This document shows, in pieces, positions 11,988 through 24,903 of a DNA stretch of 64,000 nucleotides. The stretch is from positions 64,001-128,000 of the forward strand of contig CAVSMN010000021.1 in NCBI GenBank assembly GCA_963729045.1, written 5' to 3'. Numbering within the stretch: the first letter of the stretch is position 1; each line of letters begins with the position of its first letter. The translations under genes were made by a program, and so were the position numbers. This DNA is from an uncultured Nitrososphaeraceae archaeon. GTDB lineage: Archaea; Thermoproteota; Nitrososphaeria; Nitrososphaerales; Nitrososphaeraceae. The notes under the pieces are model-generated. The model saw nothing but the letters and a program-made list of their open reading frames with translations. It was not told where the DNA came from and did not search any database.

Positions 11988-12836
11988 TTATCCCCTTATC
12001 GATCCCAAAGTAAATCCTTTTATCATTTGTCTTTGGAAAGCCACGATGAGAATAATCACAGGCAACAGCGCTATAGTGATCCCTGCAGCCAGGTATCCCC
12101 ATTCGATCCTGTACAAAGATATGAATTGGTATAGTGCCACCTGAAATAGAGTGGAATTCGGAGAATTTGCGAGTACGATCGGAAGAACAAATTCGTTCCA
12201 AGAAAAAATAAAAGAAAATATCGATGCTACTGCAAACCCGGGCATAGATAGTGGAATGGTGATTCTTCTCAATACTCCAATCTTTGAACATCCATCGATT
12301 AATGCAGATTCTTCTAATTCTTTCGGTATCGTTTCAAAATAATTTTTTAATAATATCACGTTCAATGGTATAATGAGTATTTGAAAGGTTAGAATCAGGG
12401 AAACTAGGGAATTAAGTAGACCTAGATTTGCAAGAATACTATATAGAGGTATTATGTTTATAACAACAGGTATCATAAATAAACCCAGTATAAGGGAAAA
12501 CAAGATCCTTTTAGCTTTAAACTCAAATCGAGCTAGAGCGTACCCAGCTAAAGCACAAATAGTAACATTTAGAATCATACTCCCAAAACTAACTATTAAA
12601 CTATTGTACAGGCTTTTTACAATAGTAGAATTTGTAAATACAAAAACATAATTTTCAAATGTAACATGTTCAGGAATTAGTTTCGGGGGAAAACTCATAG
12701 TTTCATCATTTGGTTTTAATGATGTAGTGAAAACCCAAATCAAAGGAAATAAGGTGAGCCCAATGAAGATAAATATCGCAATATAAATAAAGGATTTTTC
12801 AATTTTTTCAATCCTACTATTAGAAAGTATACTCAA
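11988..12836 (-). CDS. Carbohydrate ABC transporter permease (MalG-like)
   Basis: EAA loop IPKELEESALIDGCS, FSWNEF, multiple TM segments. Confidence 0.92.
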   Translation of the reverse strand: MSILSNSRIEKIEKSFIYIAIFIFIGLTLFPLIWVFTTSLKPNDETMSFPPKLIPEHVTFENYVFVFTNSTIVKSLYNSLIVSFGSMILNVTICALAGYALARFEFKAKRILFSLILGLFMIPVVINIIPLYSILANLGLLNSLVSLILTFQILIIPLNVILLKNYFETIPKELEESALIDGCSKIGVLRRITIPLSMPGFAVASIFSFIFSWNEFVLPIVLANSPNSTLFQVALYQFISLYRIEWGYLAAGITIALLPVIILIVAFQRQMIKGFTLGSIRG

Positions 12837-12843
12837 GTTTATG

Positions 12844-13713
12844 TTATCCCCTCCGTTTTAACGCGATGATATAGATAAAAGCAACTACTATGTTGATAGA
12901 TAGCAATATAATTCCTGATGCCGAACCCTTAGACAAAAGTCCAAATTCAAAGGCCTGTCTGTACATGTAAAGCGACGCAGGAGTACTAGCGAATAATGGA
13001 TTACCTCCAGTCATTATTAATGGTATTTCAAAAAAGTTTATCGACCAGATAGTTATCAAGATGATGTCAATTATTATAAATGATTTTATCATAGGAAGCG
13101 TTAGATAGAAATACGACTTGATTTTAGAGGCGCCATCCACCTTAGCAGATTCATAAATAGATGGATTTATAGATAATAATCCTGCAGTGAGAAATAAAAT
13201 AGTAAATGGTGTTCCATACCAAACATTTGCTATAACTATTGACCATACAACTATGTTAGGATCTGACAGCCATGCAATAGACGAAAATCCCAGATATTCT
13301 AGAATGTAGTTTATAATTCCAAAACTGTTATCAAAAATAAATTTAAATGAAAAAGCAGCAATCAATCCAGATGTAATCCAGGGGATCATAATTAAAGCGA
13401 TCAAAATTTGTTTTCCTTTAATATTTTGATTTAATAGGGATGAAATAAGTAGACCAATCAAAAACTGAAATGCTACAGATCCTCCTACAAATATTATCGA
13501 AATTTTAATTGAAGTATGAAAATTTGGATCATTTAAAACTTGTATAAAATTATCAAGCCCTACAAATTCCCATTCTTTTAAAATTGTTGTTATCGAGACT
13601 CCATGTGTGGAGATATAAATATTCCATACGAATGGAAACAATAGAAATACACACAAAATTGAAATGGCCGGTAAGAGATAAAGATAGGGCTCATATTTTG
13701 CTATAGAATGCAT
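12844..13713 (-). CDS. Carbohydrate ABC transporter permease (MalF-like)
   Basis: FVGLDNF, IYESAKVDGAS, MTGGNP. Confidence 0.92.
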   Translation of the reverse strand: MHSIAKYEPYLYLLPAISILCVFLLFPFVWNIYISTHGVSITTILKEWEFVGLDNFIQVLNDPNFHTSIKISIIFVGGSVAFQFLIGLLISSLLNQNIKGKQILIALIMIPWITSGLIAAFSFKFIFDNSFGIINYILEYLGFSSIAWLSDPNIVVWSIVIANVWYGTPFTILFLTAGLLSINPSIYESAKVDGASKIKSYFYLTLPMIKSFIIIDIILITIWSINFFEIPLIMTGGNPLFASTPASLYMYRQAFEFGLLSKGSASGIILLSINIVVAFIYIIALKRRG

Positions 13714-13747
13714 TTCTATGAAAAATAATGTATGGATGTAGACTTTG

Positions 13748-15075
13748 TTACCAGCCTAGAATTTCAGCAGTCTTTTTGGCGGCATCATCCAGAGCCTGTT
13801 TAGGTGCTTTTATGTTGTAAAAAACTTCATCGATAGCCTGTTTTATGTTCTCAGCAATTTGAGGATATTCTGGGATGTTTGGTCTACTATGACCCTCCGG
13901 AATCATAGATATCAGTTCAGAGTAATAAGGTATAGTACTATTTAGTTGGGATGAATAGTTACCCTCGCCAATTGGTTTTTGAGTTGGAAGATACCCTTCT
14001 TGTTGTAACATGGGGGTTAAAATCTCAGGATCCACCATTAGTGTCAACAACTCCCATACCAAATCCTTGTTAGGAGATGTTTGTGGAATACTTAATATCC
14101 ACCCACCCATCATTGTGGTGGTATTAACGTTTGATGATGGGGTTGGGAACAGCGGAAGCATTCCAATCTTTTCATCCAGTGAGTTCCATTCACTTTTAGG
14201 AAAAGTACCTAACAACCATGATCCTTCTAGCATAACTGCAAACTTTTTATCCGCAAATTCCTGTCCCCAAAAGTGATTAGGTTGAGGTGAAATACCTGCG
14301 TCTACTTGTTGCTTTAAGAATTCCAATGCCTTTACACCCTCCGAGCTGTTGAATGCCGGATACCAATATGATCCCTTAACAGGATGATTGTCTCTTTGTT
14401 CAAGGATTTGACCGCCTAGCATCCATAAATATGGATACCACATATCAGGAGAATGAGCGGCTCCCACAAGATGTCACTCCCTGGATCCCACGGTCTTTTA
14501 ATAAATCATTTAACTTCTTGGCGGATTCGATATATCCATTCCATGTAGTCAAATTCTCTGGATTAATCCCTGCTTCTTTGAGAAGATCTTTCCAATACCA
14601 CATCGCTCGAACATCAGTCCAAGACCAAATACCATAGGTTTTATTTTCATATTTTCCTCCTTCCCAATTGGTTGGATACCATTCATTTGCTCTTCCCCAC
14701 TCATTTACTTTATCGGTAATGTCCGATAAGAAAACCACCCTCTGCAAATTCTCCGAGCCATATTTGATCAACAGATATCAAATCTAAGGGAGTTTGTCCT
14801 GCCATAGAGGTTAAGATCTGTGTTCTGGTTGCGTCATATGGCAATACGCGATAGTCAATTTGAATGTCTAATTCTGGATGGTTTTGTCTTAATTTGTCCA
14901 ATGCCTTTTCAAATAAAATATCCCATCTTTCTTTAGGTTCTGCTACAATCGCAGTAAGTGTAACTTGCTTTTGCTGCTGCTGCTGCCCATACACCTCCCC
15001 GTAATTATTTTGTATAAAAAAAGTTACAAAGACTAATAAAACTAGTATAGAAAATGAATGCACATATAATTTCAT
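13748..15075 (-). CDS. Carbohydrate ABC transporter solute-binding protein (split by two indels)
   Basis: Three overlapping ORFs (14710-15075, 14445-14771, 13748-14467) form one family-1 SBP with a signal peptide; DQIWLGEFAE, GGWILSIP. Confidence 0.88.
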
Positions 15076-15160
15076 TAGCCTTATAAGTACACCAACTTTT
15101 TTAAGTATTACTCAATCTATAAAATTTCATCTAATTAATCTCAAAGTTTTGAAGTTGCAT

Positions 15161-16306
15161 CTACCGTATTTCTAAAAGTCGGTTCATATTACAAGCAGAA
15201 AAACACATTTTGATAAGTGTCACTCTATTCTCTCTTCCTTCATCGTCAAAAAAATGCATCTTTGAATACTCAATTCCTATTTCTATTTTATCACCCACAT
15301 GCCAAGGATTTAAAATATTATTTGTAGTAACAAGCAAATTATCCGATCCAATTTTTACTTCGATTGTTGTGTCATCACCAAGCATTTCAATAAAGACTAC
15401 AATTCCATCCAACCTGATTCCTGTTGAAATGTCAGTTTCCTTAAGGATAATTACATCTCTTGGTCTTATCCCAACAATGAATTTTGGAGTTAGTTTTTTC
15501 TCAAGTAGTATTTTATCAACTGGCTGAATAACAATTGGCTGTGAGAATAAAAATAGGGATTTATCCCTAATAGATCCATTGATCAAATTCATTTGTGGGT
15601 TACCAATAAATTGTCCAACAAAAGTGTTCTTAGGTTGATGATAGACTTCAGTAGGAGTTCCAATTTGCTGTATATTACCATTTTTCATAATGGCTATCCT
15701 ATCTGCCATACTCATGGCTTCAACTTGGTCATGAGTTATATACAAAGTAGTTATTCCAATTTTCTTTTGCAGTTTCTTTATCTCGGTTCTCATATGTGTT
15801 CGAAGCTTTGCGTCCAAATTGCTTAGAGGTTCATCCATGAGAAATAATTTGGGTTCTCTTACCAATGCTCTACCAAGTGCTACTCTTTGCATTTGTCCAC
15901 CGCTCAATTCCTTTGGTTTTCTGTTAAGAAGATCCTTTATTCCTAATAGCTCAGCCATTTGGATGACCTTTTCTTGTATGTGAGATTTAGATATCTTTCT
16001 CATTTTTAGTGGAAATGCGATGTTATCATGAATAGACATATGTGGGTATAGTGCATAGTTTTGAAAAACCATCGCTACGTCTCTATCCTTGGGGGATAAT
16101 TCGTTTACCTTTCTATTTCCCAAATAAATTTGTCCATTTGTGGGGGTTATTAATCCTGCTATGCATCTAATAGCGGTAGTCTTTCCACATCCAGATGGCC
16201 CCAACAATACCATCAATTCACCCGACTTTATATCGATACTAAATTTATCCAAAGCTGTCGTCTCTCCGTATTTTTTTGTGAGGTTTTCTATTTTGAGATC
16301 GACCAT
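15161..16306 (-). CDS. Sugar ABC transporter ATP-binding protein (MalK-like)
   Basis: GPSGCGKTT, VFQNYALYPH, LSGGQMQR, DEPLSNLD, THDQ. Confidence 0.95.
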   Translation of the reverse strand: MVDLKIENLTKKYGETTALDKFSIDIKSGELMVLLGPSGCGKTTAIRCIAGLITPTNGQIYLGNRKVNELSPKDRDVAMVFQNYALYPHMSIHDNIAFPLKMRKISKSHIQEKVIQMAELLGIKDLLNRKPKELSGGQMQRVALGRALVREPKLFLMDEPLSNLDAKLRTHMRTEIKKLQKKIGITTLYITHDQVEAMSMADRIAIMKNGNIQQIGTPTEVYHQPKNTFVGQFIGNPQMNLINGSIRDKSLFLFSQPIVIQPVDKILLEKKLTPKFIVGIRPRDVIILKETDISTGIRLDGIVVFIEMLGDDTTIEVKIGSDNLLVTTNNILNPWHVGDKIEIGIEYSKMHFFDDEGRENRVTLIKMCFSACNMNRLLEIR

Positions 16307-16733
16307 ATCTTATCTCTCCTGGTGTATATCATAATTTACCCTACATAAAGAATTACATCAGAAAAAAATTAAGAGAAAATGAAATTGCTAAAGTACTTTA
16401 ATTCATTTTTCTATCTACAATATATAACTACTTGAACAAGAAAAACATCATATCAAACCCATGTAGATTTCGAGATCACCACAGAAGTCGATATCTATAT
16501 TAGTAACGAATATATCATGAAACTATTCTAATTATTACAAAAAAAGGTCATTGCTAATGGCTATGATATCTTCGACCTTCGATGCTAATGGGTATGATAG
16601 TAGGATAAGTCCTATTGGTGAAGAGCCATACATGCTATAAAGGATACTCCAAATACCACACCCATATAAAAGGGTAGATGTCGCCCAGAAAATTACTAAA
16701 GCTCATCTATACCTTTTTGTTTTTATTTTCAGA

Positions 16734-17015
16734 TTATATTGTTTTTTCCTTATTATATTCGTCACCCAGGTCTTTGTCAGTATCTTTGACTTTATTGACA
16801 ACGGCTTTTGTTCCTGCCTTTACCTTATCAACTGCTTCAGTATCTTTGACTTTATTGACAACGGCTTTTGTTCCTGCCTTTACCTTATCAACTGCTTCAT
16901 CGAGGACACTCTCAGATTCATCTTGAGGCCTTTCATTTTTATTATAATCGTCTGTTATATCCACAAGGTTTTCACCGCGATTCTCTGTCTTTTTATTATT
17001 CTGATTCTCAGACAT
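16734..17015 (-). CDS. Small hydrophilic LEA-like protein with a 20-aa duplication
   Basis: EAVDKVKAGTKAVVNKVKDT twice (60-nt perfect duplication, ~16777-16898). Confidence 0.7.
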   Translation of the reverse strand: MSENQNNKKTENRGENLVDITDDYNKNERPQDESESVLDEAVDKVKAGTKAVVNKVKDTEAVDKVKAGTKAVVNKVKDTDKDLGDEYNKEKTI

Positions 17016-17557
17016 TGCAAATTAGATTGTATAACACAGTATAAATAATCAATACAATTGTTACCTATTTTCTCGTATCATTTGAAAGTACAACTAGTCA
17101 TCCGATGCATGGAGAAATTGGTAAATCCGGTTTGTAAAATAGCGATATGGTGAGTCAAATATCTAGTGGGAATAAATCAACAAAAGTTTGTATGAGTATT
17201 TACTTACTATTGTTCTTATTTAGATAAACAATAGATCAGATCTATTTATGCTGACACGGTCTCTTCCACTATACCCATACATTGGGAAAGATGACCATCA
17301 GATCTTATTATATAATTAAATAAATCGGCATAATGTCAGCTATTTTATTAATTACCTTTCATAGTACCACACTTTCTGATTTCATTGATTTGAACATATT
17401 TCACATCGATTTTGCATCATCACAATGAATATAATTAGACAGGTTAAAACGATGTGATTGTTTTGTATGTTGATATTATGAGAAACGAATAAAAGAAAAA
17501 TTGAATTGATATTTGAGTTTGTTTTGCTATTTTTATTAATAATTACATCAAATTTAG

Positions 17558-17827
17558 TTATTGGCTTGAGCCATTAACTACGTCTTGAATCCCTTCTAGT
17601 ACATTTCCAGTAGCATTCGAGAGGGCTTCACCAGTTTCATTCACTGCTTTTCCTAACCCTTCAGTTACATTGCCTGCAGCTTCACCAGTTTCATTCACTG
17701 CACCCTGTGTGTATTCTCCAGTTTGATTAGCATCCTCAGTGACATTTTGAGCAAAGGCGTTGACCCCTACAGTTCCCAACAATAGAGCTAGAGCACCAAT
17801 TATAGTGAACAATATGTTATTATTCAT
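17558..17827 (-). CDS. Small secreted protein with AVNETGEA repeats
   Basis: Signal peptide ending AFA; two internal repeats. Confidence 0.7.
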   Translation of the reverse strand: MNNNILFTIIGALALLLGTVGVNAFAQNVTEDANQTGEYTQGAVNETGEAAGNVTEGLGKAVNETGEALSNATGNVLEGIQDVVNGSSQ

Positions 17828-18086
17828 TAATCATGAGTGGTAAACATGCCATTTAAGCTTTATATATTTACAATGCACATTTGAGATGGAAATTAATTCA
17901 TCAAATCTGTCTGAGATAAATCTCTTTAATCCCATCTGCTGTATTTAAAAATTTTCTATTGATTGGACTATCATATCTACATGAATTTCGTTCTGATATT
18001 GAACTAGTAATACATCTTTTACAAAGTCCACCAGGCCCGCATTATATTACCTATGTTAGATATCAAGATAGAAGGGTATGTAATTT

Positions 18087-19070
18087 CTAATTAACATCTA
18101 GAAATGTTTGTACCACTTTAGTGAATTTTTCCGGATATTGGTACATCCATCCGTGTCCTGCATCCTTAATTTGTATAAGCGATGCCAAAGGGATTTTTTC
18201 AATTAGTGTTAATGCAGCTTTGGGTGTAGTAATTATATCCTCTGTACCCATCAAAACTAAAGTTGGTTGGATAATCACTGAGGGAGAATAGTATATTCCA
18301 TTCCATCCAATGATTGCTTGTGCTTGTTTTTGTGTAGTTTCAATAGATACAGTGTCTCTTGAGAAGTGGAAAATGATTAATGAAGTCGGGATTGTCGAGA
18401 AGCCAGGACGAAGGGAAAAAAAACGAAAGTATTTGTCTTGCTTGTTCCTCAGGAGTCCCAGACACTCCACCCAATGTTTGCATTAGTTCAGCACTTGAAG
18501 GAATTGCTTTGTCTCCACCAGGCCCAGAGCCATACAGAATAAGATTACTTACTTTATCCGGATAAAAGAGTGCTAATTCCTCTGCGATATATGCACCCAT
18601 TGACCATCCAATAACATGTGCTTTCTCTATATTGAGTGAATTTAACAAATCTGCAGCGTCCTTGGCAAGCTGGTTAATAGAATAATCTTTAGTTCCAGTT
18701 GAAGAGTTACCTGTACCCCTATTATTATAGATTATAACGCTACGATTAGACTGAGCAAGCTCGTTTAGTATTCTAGGTGGCCACATATCCATAGTTATCC
18801 GCAGTCCGGCAATGAATAGAAGTGGAGTATTTTCATCACTGCTGGCCAATATTTTTATTCTTGAGAATTTTATATTCTATTTCTATATCGTCTACTGTGG
18901 CCTTTTGTATAGGAAAACTGTCTACTATATCCCTAGCTTGAGATTCATTAGACATGCCTTATTCCTCCAAATATTGTATTTAATATCAGAAAATTCATAA
19001 ATAATACAGAAAATAACACAACTTTTAGATGAAATAATATATTCTTGTCAGTTTTATGAATTATTTGATT
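18087..19070 (-). CDS. Alpha/beta hydrolase (frameshifted; start approximate)
   Basis: YNNRGTG, GWSMG nucleophile, GTED, AGHG; upstream KATVDDIEIEYKIL lies in another frame. Confidence 0.8.
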
Positions 19071-19565
19071 CAATGTGTAAGTATACAGGAGTGAGTATAA
19101 GAACATTACGGGGTTGTTATCTAATCATTTCTAATCAAGGATCTCAAGAGGTATTCCTTTTTGTTGAAGTATTTTTCTTCCTTTGATTTAAGAAGATTTG
19201 AAAAGTATTGTTTAGTGGTTTACTATTTCTTAGGAATTAACAATAGATTGAGGAATCCAGAATCATAGCATATCTATTGCGAAACCGACAGGTCCTGATC
19301 TATTGAAGTTCTGATTCCTTTTCACAACGAGGACAAAAGAGGCTGACGGAATCCGATTGACACATGTCACTTAATTAGGTAAAATTCCATGATATAGTTA
19401 TTGATAGGATGGTAAAGTGATTGAATTAAATCAAGAGTATTTCACACTTCACCCAAAGCCGCTACCTATTTTAGAACCGACTCAGTAATTACCAAAATAA
19501 AAAATGTTGACTTTTAAATTAGGAAATAAATAAAAGGGTACGGTCTCAGGTTTAGAAATTAATCA

Positions 19566-19800
19566 CTAGTTTGCTTTTATTGTATTAGCCATACAGTCTC
19601 CAAGTTGCGGATTTAGATTACTAGGTAACTTTATCCATCCTTCACGACAATCCATTTCCTTCTTTTTGAATGCAGCTGCATTAACATCACCTATAGTTAC
19701 AAAAGTACATCATCATCAGTGCTAATGCAACCACTATTGCTATTGAAGCAACTACTATTCTTGTGTTTTTATTTTTGTTTTTGAGAGTTGTTATACTCAT
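19566..19800 (-). CDS. Small secreted two-Cys peptide (1-nt indel; not in ORF track)
   Basis: MSITTLKNKNKNTRIVVASIAIVVALALMMM/TFVTIGDVNAAAFKKKEMDCREGWIKLPSNLNPQLGDCMANTIKAN*. Confidence 0.55.
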
Positions 19801-20149
19801 ACGATCTAAATGTAAAAATAATTATATTGAAATTGCTAACTAATTGCAATACTCTAATACTCTAGCAACACTAGAAAATTGCTTATGTATTTCCAGCAGG
19901 TAAGGTAACTTGGAATCCACTATGAAATCTACAAGTTTTTCTTTATCAACAAAAAGGTAGTCTTATCTTTGGTAAATGTCCGTAAGTAAATCTTTTGCAT
20001 AATTAGCACCATTAAGAAAACTTGCAAAAGAATGAGACAACATAGTCGTAATTCGCAAAACAAAAATTGTATTTATCATATTTTGCTCCATAGGATGCAA
20101 AATCCATAAAGCTTTAAATGAATAACAATTAAGTCTTTAAATATTTGAT

Positions 20150-21077
20150 ATGGATATCAAGCCACAGAATGTATTAGATTATCATGGTAACAACGCCATA
20201 TTTATGGTTTGGAATTTTAAGAAAGATATAGACTTCAAAGATGGTTTTAAGAGGATTAGCAAATTGGTTATCAATCTTAATAATTCAGCTGATGACCGTT
20301 TTCCTGATTCCGGGGCAAGTTGCGTAATGGGGATTGGACATAATGCATGGCTTCGGCTTAATCTCCATGTTCCGCTCCCTAAAGAATTAGAGAACCTTTA
20401 TGCCTATTGTTGGTGAAAAACACACAGCAGTTTCTTCCAAAGGAGATTTGCATTTTCATATCAGAGGTAATGGTAGCAGTATGTGTTATGATATGGCACA
20501 TGCATTATCTGACGTGTTGGAACCGGTGGCTATAAGCACGGAAGAAATCCATGGTTTCAGATATCAGGACGGTCGTTCCATTTTAGGTTTTGTTGATGGG
20601 ACTGAAAATCCTCATGAACAGGAACGGGCAATATTTGGGTTGGTTGGAGATGATGATCCTGTTTATAAAGGTGGAAGTTATCTTTTTGTTCAAAAATTTG
20701 TTCATGATTTAAATGCATTTGAAAGATTATCAACTGAAGAACAGGAAAAGGTAATTGGCAGATATAAAATGAATGATATCGAAATGCCGGATAATATAAA
20801 ACCCTCAAATTCTCATATTGCCTTGGCCAATGTTGGTGACGAATTCAAGATTATTCGTGATAACATGCCTTTTGGAAACATATCCACCAATGAAATGGGC
20901 ACTTATTTTATCGCATATGCCAGCACATTCAGTACCGTAAAGAAAATGCTTAATAATATGTTTATTGGTTCTCCTAAAGGAAATTATGATAGGTTATTGG
21001 ATTTCAGCATACCCAAAACAGGAACTCTATTTTTTGTTCCAACATTAGATATGTTAGATGACTTTTCATCAAGTTAA
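20150..21077 (+). CDS. Dye-decolourising (DyP-type) peroxidase, split by one indel at ~20400
   Basis: DLHFHIR, GFVDGTENP, GGSY, SHI (proximal His), IIRDNMPFG, FFVP. Confidence 0.9.
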
Positions 21078-21581
21078 ATCAATATTTTTGATAGACTAAA
21101 ACTTTGTTTTATTTTGAACTTTAATTCAATAAACTAGAAAAATTGGTATGGTGATATCCATTTGAACGAGTATTAAGTGAATTAAGAATACCGACAATAA
21201 TTTTTTTCTAATGTCTAATTTTTTTGTTCATTGTTTGTGTAATTCTACCAAACTTTTGTCAATTTCATTGATGTTCCCATCATGGTGGTACTATCACGGT
21301 AAGAATATATATCTACATACCCATCTTTGACTCCACTGGATATGATCTGATTACAACAATTATTATGTCGCTCCCTGAAAAGAGATATGCTAGAATATCA
21401 TAATAAGTATCTGGCCATCGATCTTGTCAAACATATCAAGTTCGTCAGCACTCTTAGATCAGTATCAGAAAATGGGAGAGGTATGCATGTAAGGAAGGAA
21501 GCGACTAAACACAATGATTTGTTTTGTTTGCTACATTCATGTTTAAACCCATTGCTATGACATTAGAAGGCCAACCCTAAT

Positions 21582-21959
21582 TCAGCAAGTTTTCTCGACC
21601 CACTTGGATCTCCATTCAGGAGGTTCGAATGGATCTCCAAAGTAGAGTGTTTCATGTGCGATTTTTTCATCTATGAACTCCATGATACATACTACATTAA
21701 CTGGACGACCATCATAAGTTATAATATATTCAGTTACCCAAAGACTTCCTTCTCCACGCGTCCGCAGGATCTTAAATCCAAGTTTGGCAGGGTAGTGTTT
21801 CCTGAGTTCGTATAGGTTTTTTTTACCTAAAATTCGTTCACCAGACTGAGGAAATTCAACAATGACGTCGTCACGATAGATCTCGTGTGACTTGTCTATA
21901 TCTACACCAGTAAACTCCCAGTGGCGATCCAATGCAGTGCGTATTTCTAGATTGCCCAA
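21582..21959 (-). CDS. NTF2/SnoaL-like protein
   Basis: EIYRDDVIVEFPQSGERILG…ETLYFGDPFEPPEWR. Confidence 0.8.
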   Translation of the reverse strand: MGNLEIRTALDRHWEFTGVDIDKSHEIYRDDVIVEFPQSGERILGKKNLYELRKHYPAKLGFKILRTRGEGSLWVTEYIITYDGRPVNVVCIMEFIDEKIAHETLYFGDPFEPPEWRSKWVEKTC

Positions 21960-22939
21960 TCTACTCTTAAACTATTTCAAAAACCTAGATTATTAGGTTT
22001 CTCATCGATTCCGACCCTGACAAAGAATGGGAAAGGCAACTTATGGTTGGAATCAACGGATATCAAGTCCTGTCATTGATATACTGGATCCTTTTAAGAA
22101 AGCATCGTCTAAAAAGTATCAAACTCATGGAAATCCACATGATTCCACACCCACCGAATTTGTACATACTCTATTATGTCACTATTTCATTTTATAGGCG
22201 ACCTGTTAATCATTATTATGATTACACATCATCATGTTTTTGATATAGGCATTCCAATAGTTCTGACTGACAATTTCAGATGATTATCTATCTAAAATAC
22301 TGGCTACTGGCTACTGGCTCCAGATATCGAACCTGTTCGTTCATCATGGTTATACTTTCTATTCTTATAATCATGTTAAATTGAGATAAATGGATGCTGC
22401 TCGAAAATGTGAAAAAATTGTATCTTGAAAATTCAATTAAAAGCTATAATCTGATTCGTCATACTTTGATACAAATCCACAGCTAGGACAACTTTCAAGA
22501 TTTGAGAAATGTCTCTGAAAATGATGTTCTTCCAATCGATATATGTTTGAAATATGATTAAAATCACATTGTTTGCATTTTATCCTAAGCGTCATGATAC
22601 ATATGAGATGGCATAATACTTTAGTCTTTTTTATGAGAAGACATTAAACAATTGTCTCTCTAGGTTTTTTGATTTAATATATAGAAAAAACCTCATAAAC
22701 TCGTTTGACATTAATTATTATTTTGGGCTTGCAGGGGTGATACGTGTTAGAGTCAAATATTAATAAAATCTATCGAGATTATCTGAAATCGTAGTAATTC
22801 ATAATGGTGAATTCATAGATCTGTAAATCTTCCTATCGAACTGAACGCTTCTAATTTGAATTTTTGATTTGTATCTTCTTAATTAAAATGGATTAGATGA
22901 CAATAGATGAAGAGTCTGCAGATTGATTTTCCAAGTTTG

Positions 22940-23719
22940 TTAGTTACATGGTATTAGTGTTTTAGCTTCAAGGTTTCCTTTTTTTATTTCATTTCTTAAT
23001 GCATGTTTTATTATCCATTGAGTGTCAGTATTTCGAGACATCTGACCATTTTTTTAATACCTCGATTCCAATATCGTAGTTATCTTTTAGAATATCATTG
23101 AGGTTATTCGCTACCGATTTTTTTACAAATAATGATTCGTCCTGTTTTAGATTCTCGAGTATGGGTAGGATTGGTTTCGGATTTAAAATAAATTGGTCAA
23201 CTTTTTTGCCCATGGAAGTCTTGGTCTAATACCTTCAGAAGACAACCTTCTTACATGAACGTTTTTACTTTGCGACCATTTTAGCATTAAAGATGTCATT
23301 TTTTTTGGATATTTTACAAGAAAAGGACGTACTGCATATTCTCCAGTATTTCGTTGTGTTATTTGATAGATTGCATCAGTTGATATCTCAAAATCGTCAA
23401 TACCATACTTTTCTACAAGAAATGCTAATGGCATGATCCAGTAACCCTCTCTAAACATTCCAGTCTCATTTTGATTCGGAGGCCCAAGAATGCTCATCAT
23501 TATATTGATGGCTTCTTTGTAGTCTCTGGGAAGAAATTCATGTAATGTGTCGGCAATTACCTCGACACGACCCTTTAGTTCCAAATTTGTGATTTTCTTA
23601 TCCACTGTATCAATAAACTTTTGTTTTTGAAATTTCGGATATATTTTGTAAACTTTATCTGCAAGAAGTTTTGCAAGGTCTCTACCATAATAAGATTTTA
23701 ATTTAGTATATTCTGTCAT
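22940..23719 (-). CDS. DNA alkylation repair (HEAT-repeat, AlkC/AlkD-like) protein, frameshifted twice
   Basis: EYAVRPFL, VRRLSSEGIRPRLPW, FVKKSVANNLNDILKD, WIIKHALR. Confidence 0.85.
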
Positions 23720-23899
23720 TTACTTTCATTTCGCCTTACTAGTTGAATTCCAATTTTCCATTACCGATAACAAATTTATGAGTATTGTGGTTCATTCCTT
23801 AAATTTTTTATTGTATTCGATGCGAACAAATATTTTAGATGAGTTGTAATTGATTGAAAAAAGTCAAAAAGAAAGAATTTATTGCAGGAACCCTAAAAC

Positions 23900-24380
23900 A
23901 CACCTAAACCACCTGAGTTTATAAAATTGCAATCCGATATTGTAAACAAATCCCTAAATAATGTTCCAATCACTACAGAGGAATTAAAAGCACTTGTTTC
24001 TGCCTCAGTAGGATCAGGATGGATAAAACTACATCCTGAATCTGTGGACGTTCCGGCAAACATTACATCATTACAGCAATTAAAGCCGGGTTTGCCCCCA
24101 GAGGTAGCAAATAGTCACAATATCGAGGAAAGCATTGGGAGGATAACCCAAACTGGAATGGTGTTGTGATGTGCTTGCAAAATTGAATAAGCCTACTTTG
24201 GTCATAACTGTAACCGATGATGACAAAACCAACCTCATGTCAATTCTCGAAAAATCTAGATAATATTTGAGGAACATGGCTTGAGATATAAAGAGCTGGC
24301 CATGCAGTAATGGATCAATATCCCGAGGAAATTGGTACGATATTAAATACATTCCTTGCAACTACAAATGTAAATAACTG
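23900..24380 (+). pseudogene. Degraded C-terminal half of an alpha/beta hydrolase
   Basis: LAKLNKPTLVITVTDD…ILEK…QYPEEIG parallels the C-terminus of the 18087 hydrolase; internal stops. Confidence 0.5.
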
Positions 24381-24903
24381 ACCCATTTTCATTGAAACAA
24401 CCTGAAGTCTTAAAGCTCCTCCAATAACCGGCGGGCAGAATGAAATCTATTTCTGTAGGATTCGTTTACCTACAAATTAACGATAAATTTTGATCATTTT
24501 GGATCAAAGATTGTTTCAGTGACGAATTATTGTGCTTCTTAATAGAAAGTGATCTAGAATATTTGTAAAAATGTTTCCTTGGACCTGAATTTCTTTCAAA
24601 AAGATTAAAGGTTAAAACTTGGTCAATTTGTAATATTATTCATTTGCAAATTCTGCGTAGAATTATTTGGGGGTATTGTTTATCTTTGATATTTTGTCTA
24701 ATATAATTCTAATAATAACTGCAAATAAGGCTATAATTGATAATATTTACTATAATAATGGGTTCCATCATGTAACCTCCTTATGCATTTAGCAATTTCA
24801 AAATGCATATATAAAATTAAAAAAAGTTCTATAAAATTAATTTGTATAAATTCAATATTATTTGATCGAGTATTTATATAACAGTAAATTTAACTCTACA
24901 TGC

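Noticed and set aside
20150..21077. Encapsulin cargo system
   Set aside because: The DyP lacks a C-terminal GSLxIGSL-type targeting tail and no encapsulin gene is adjacent
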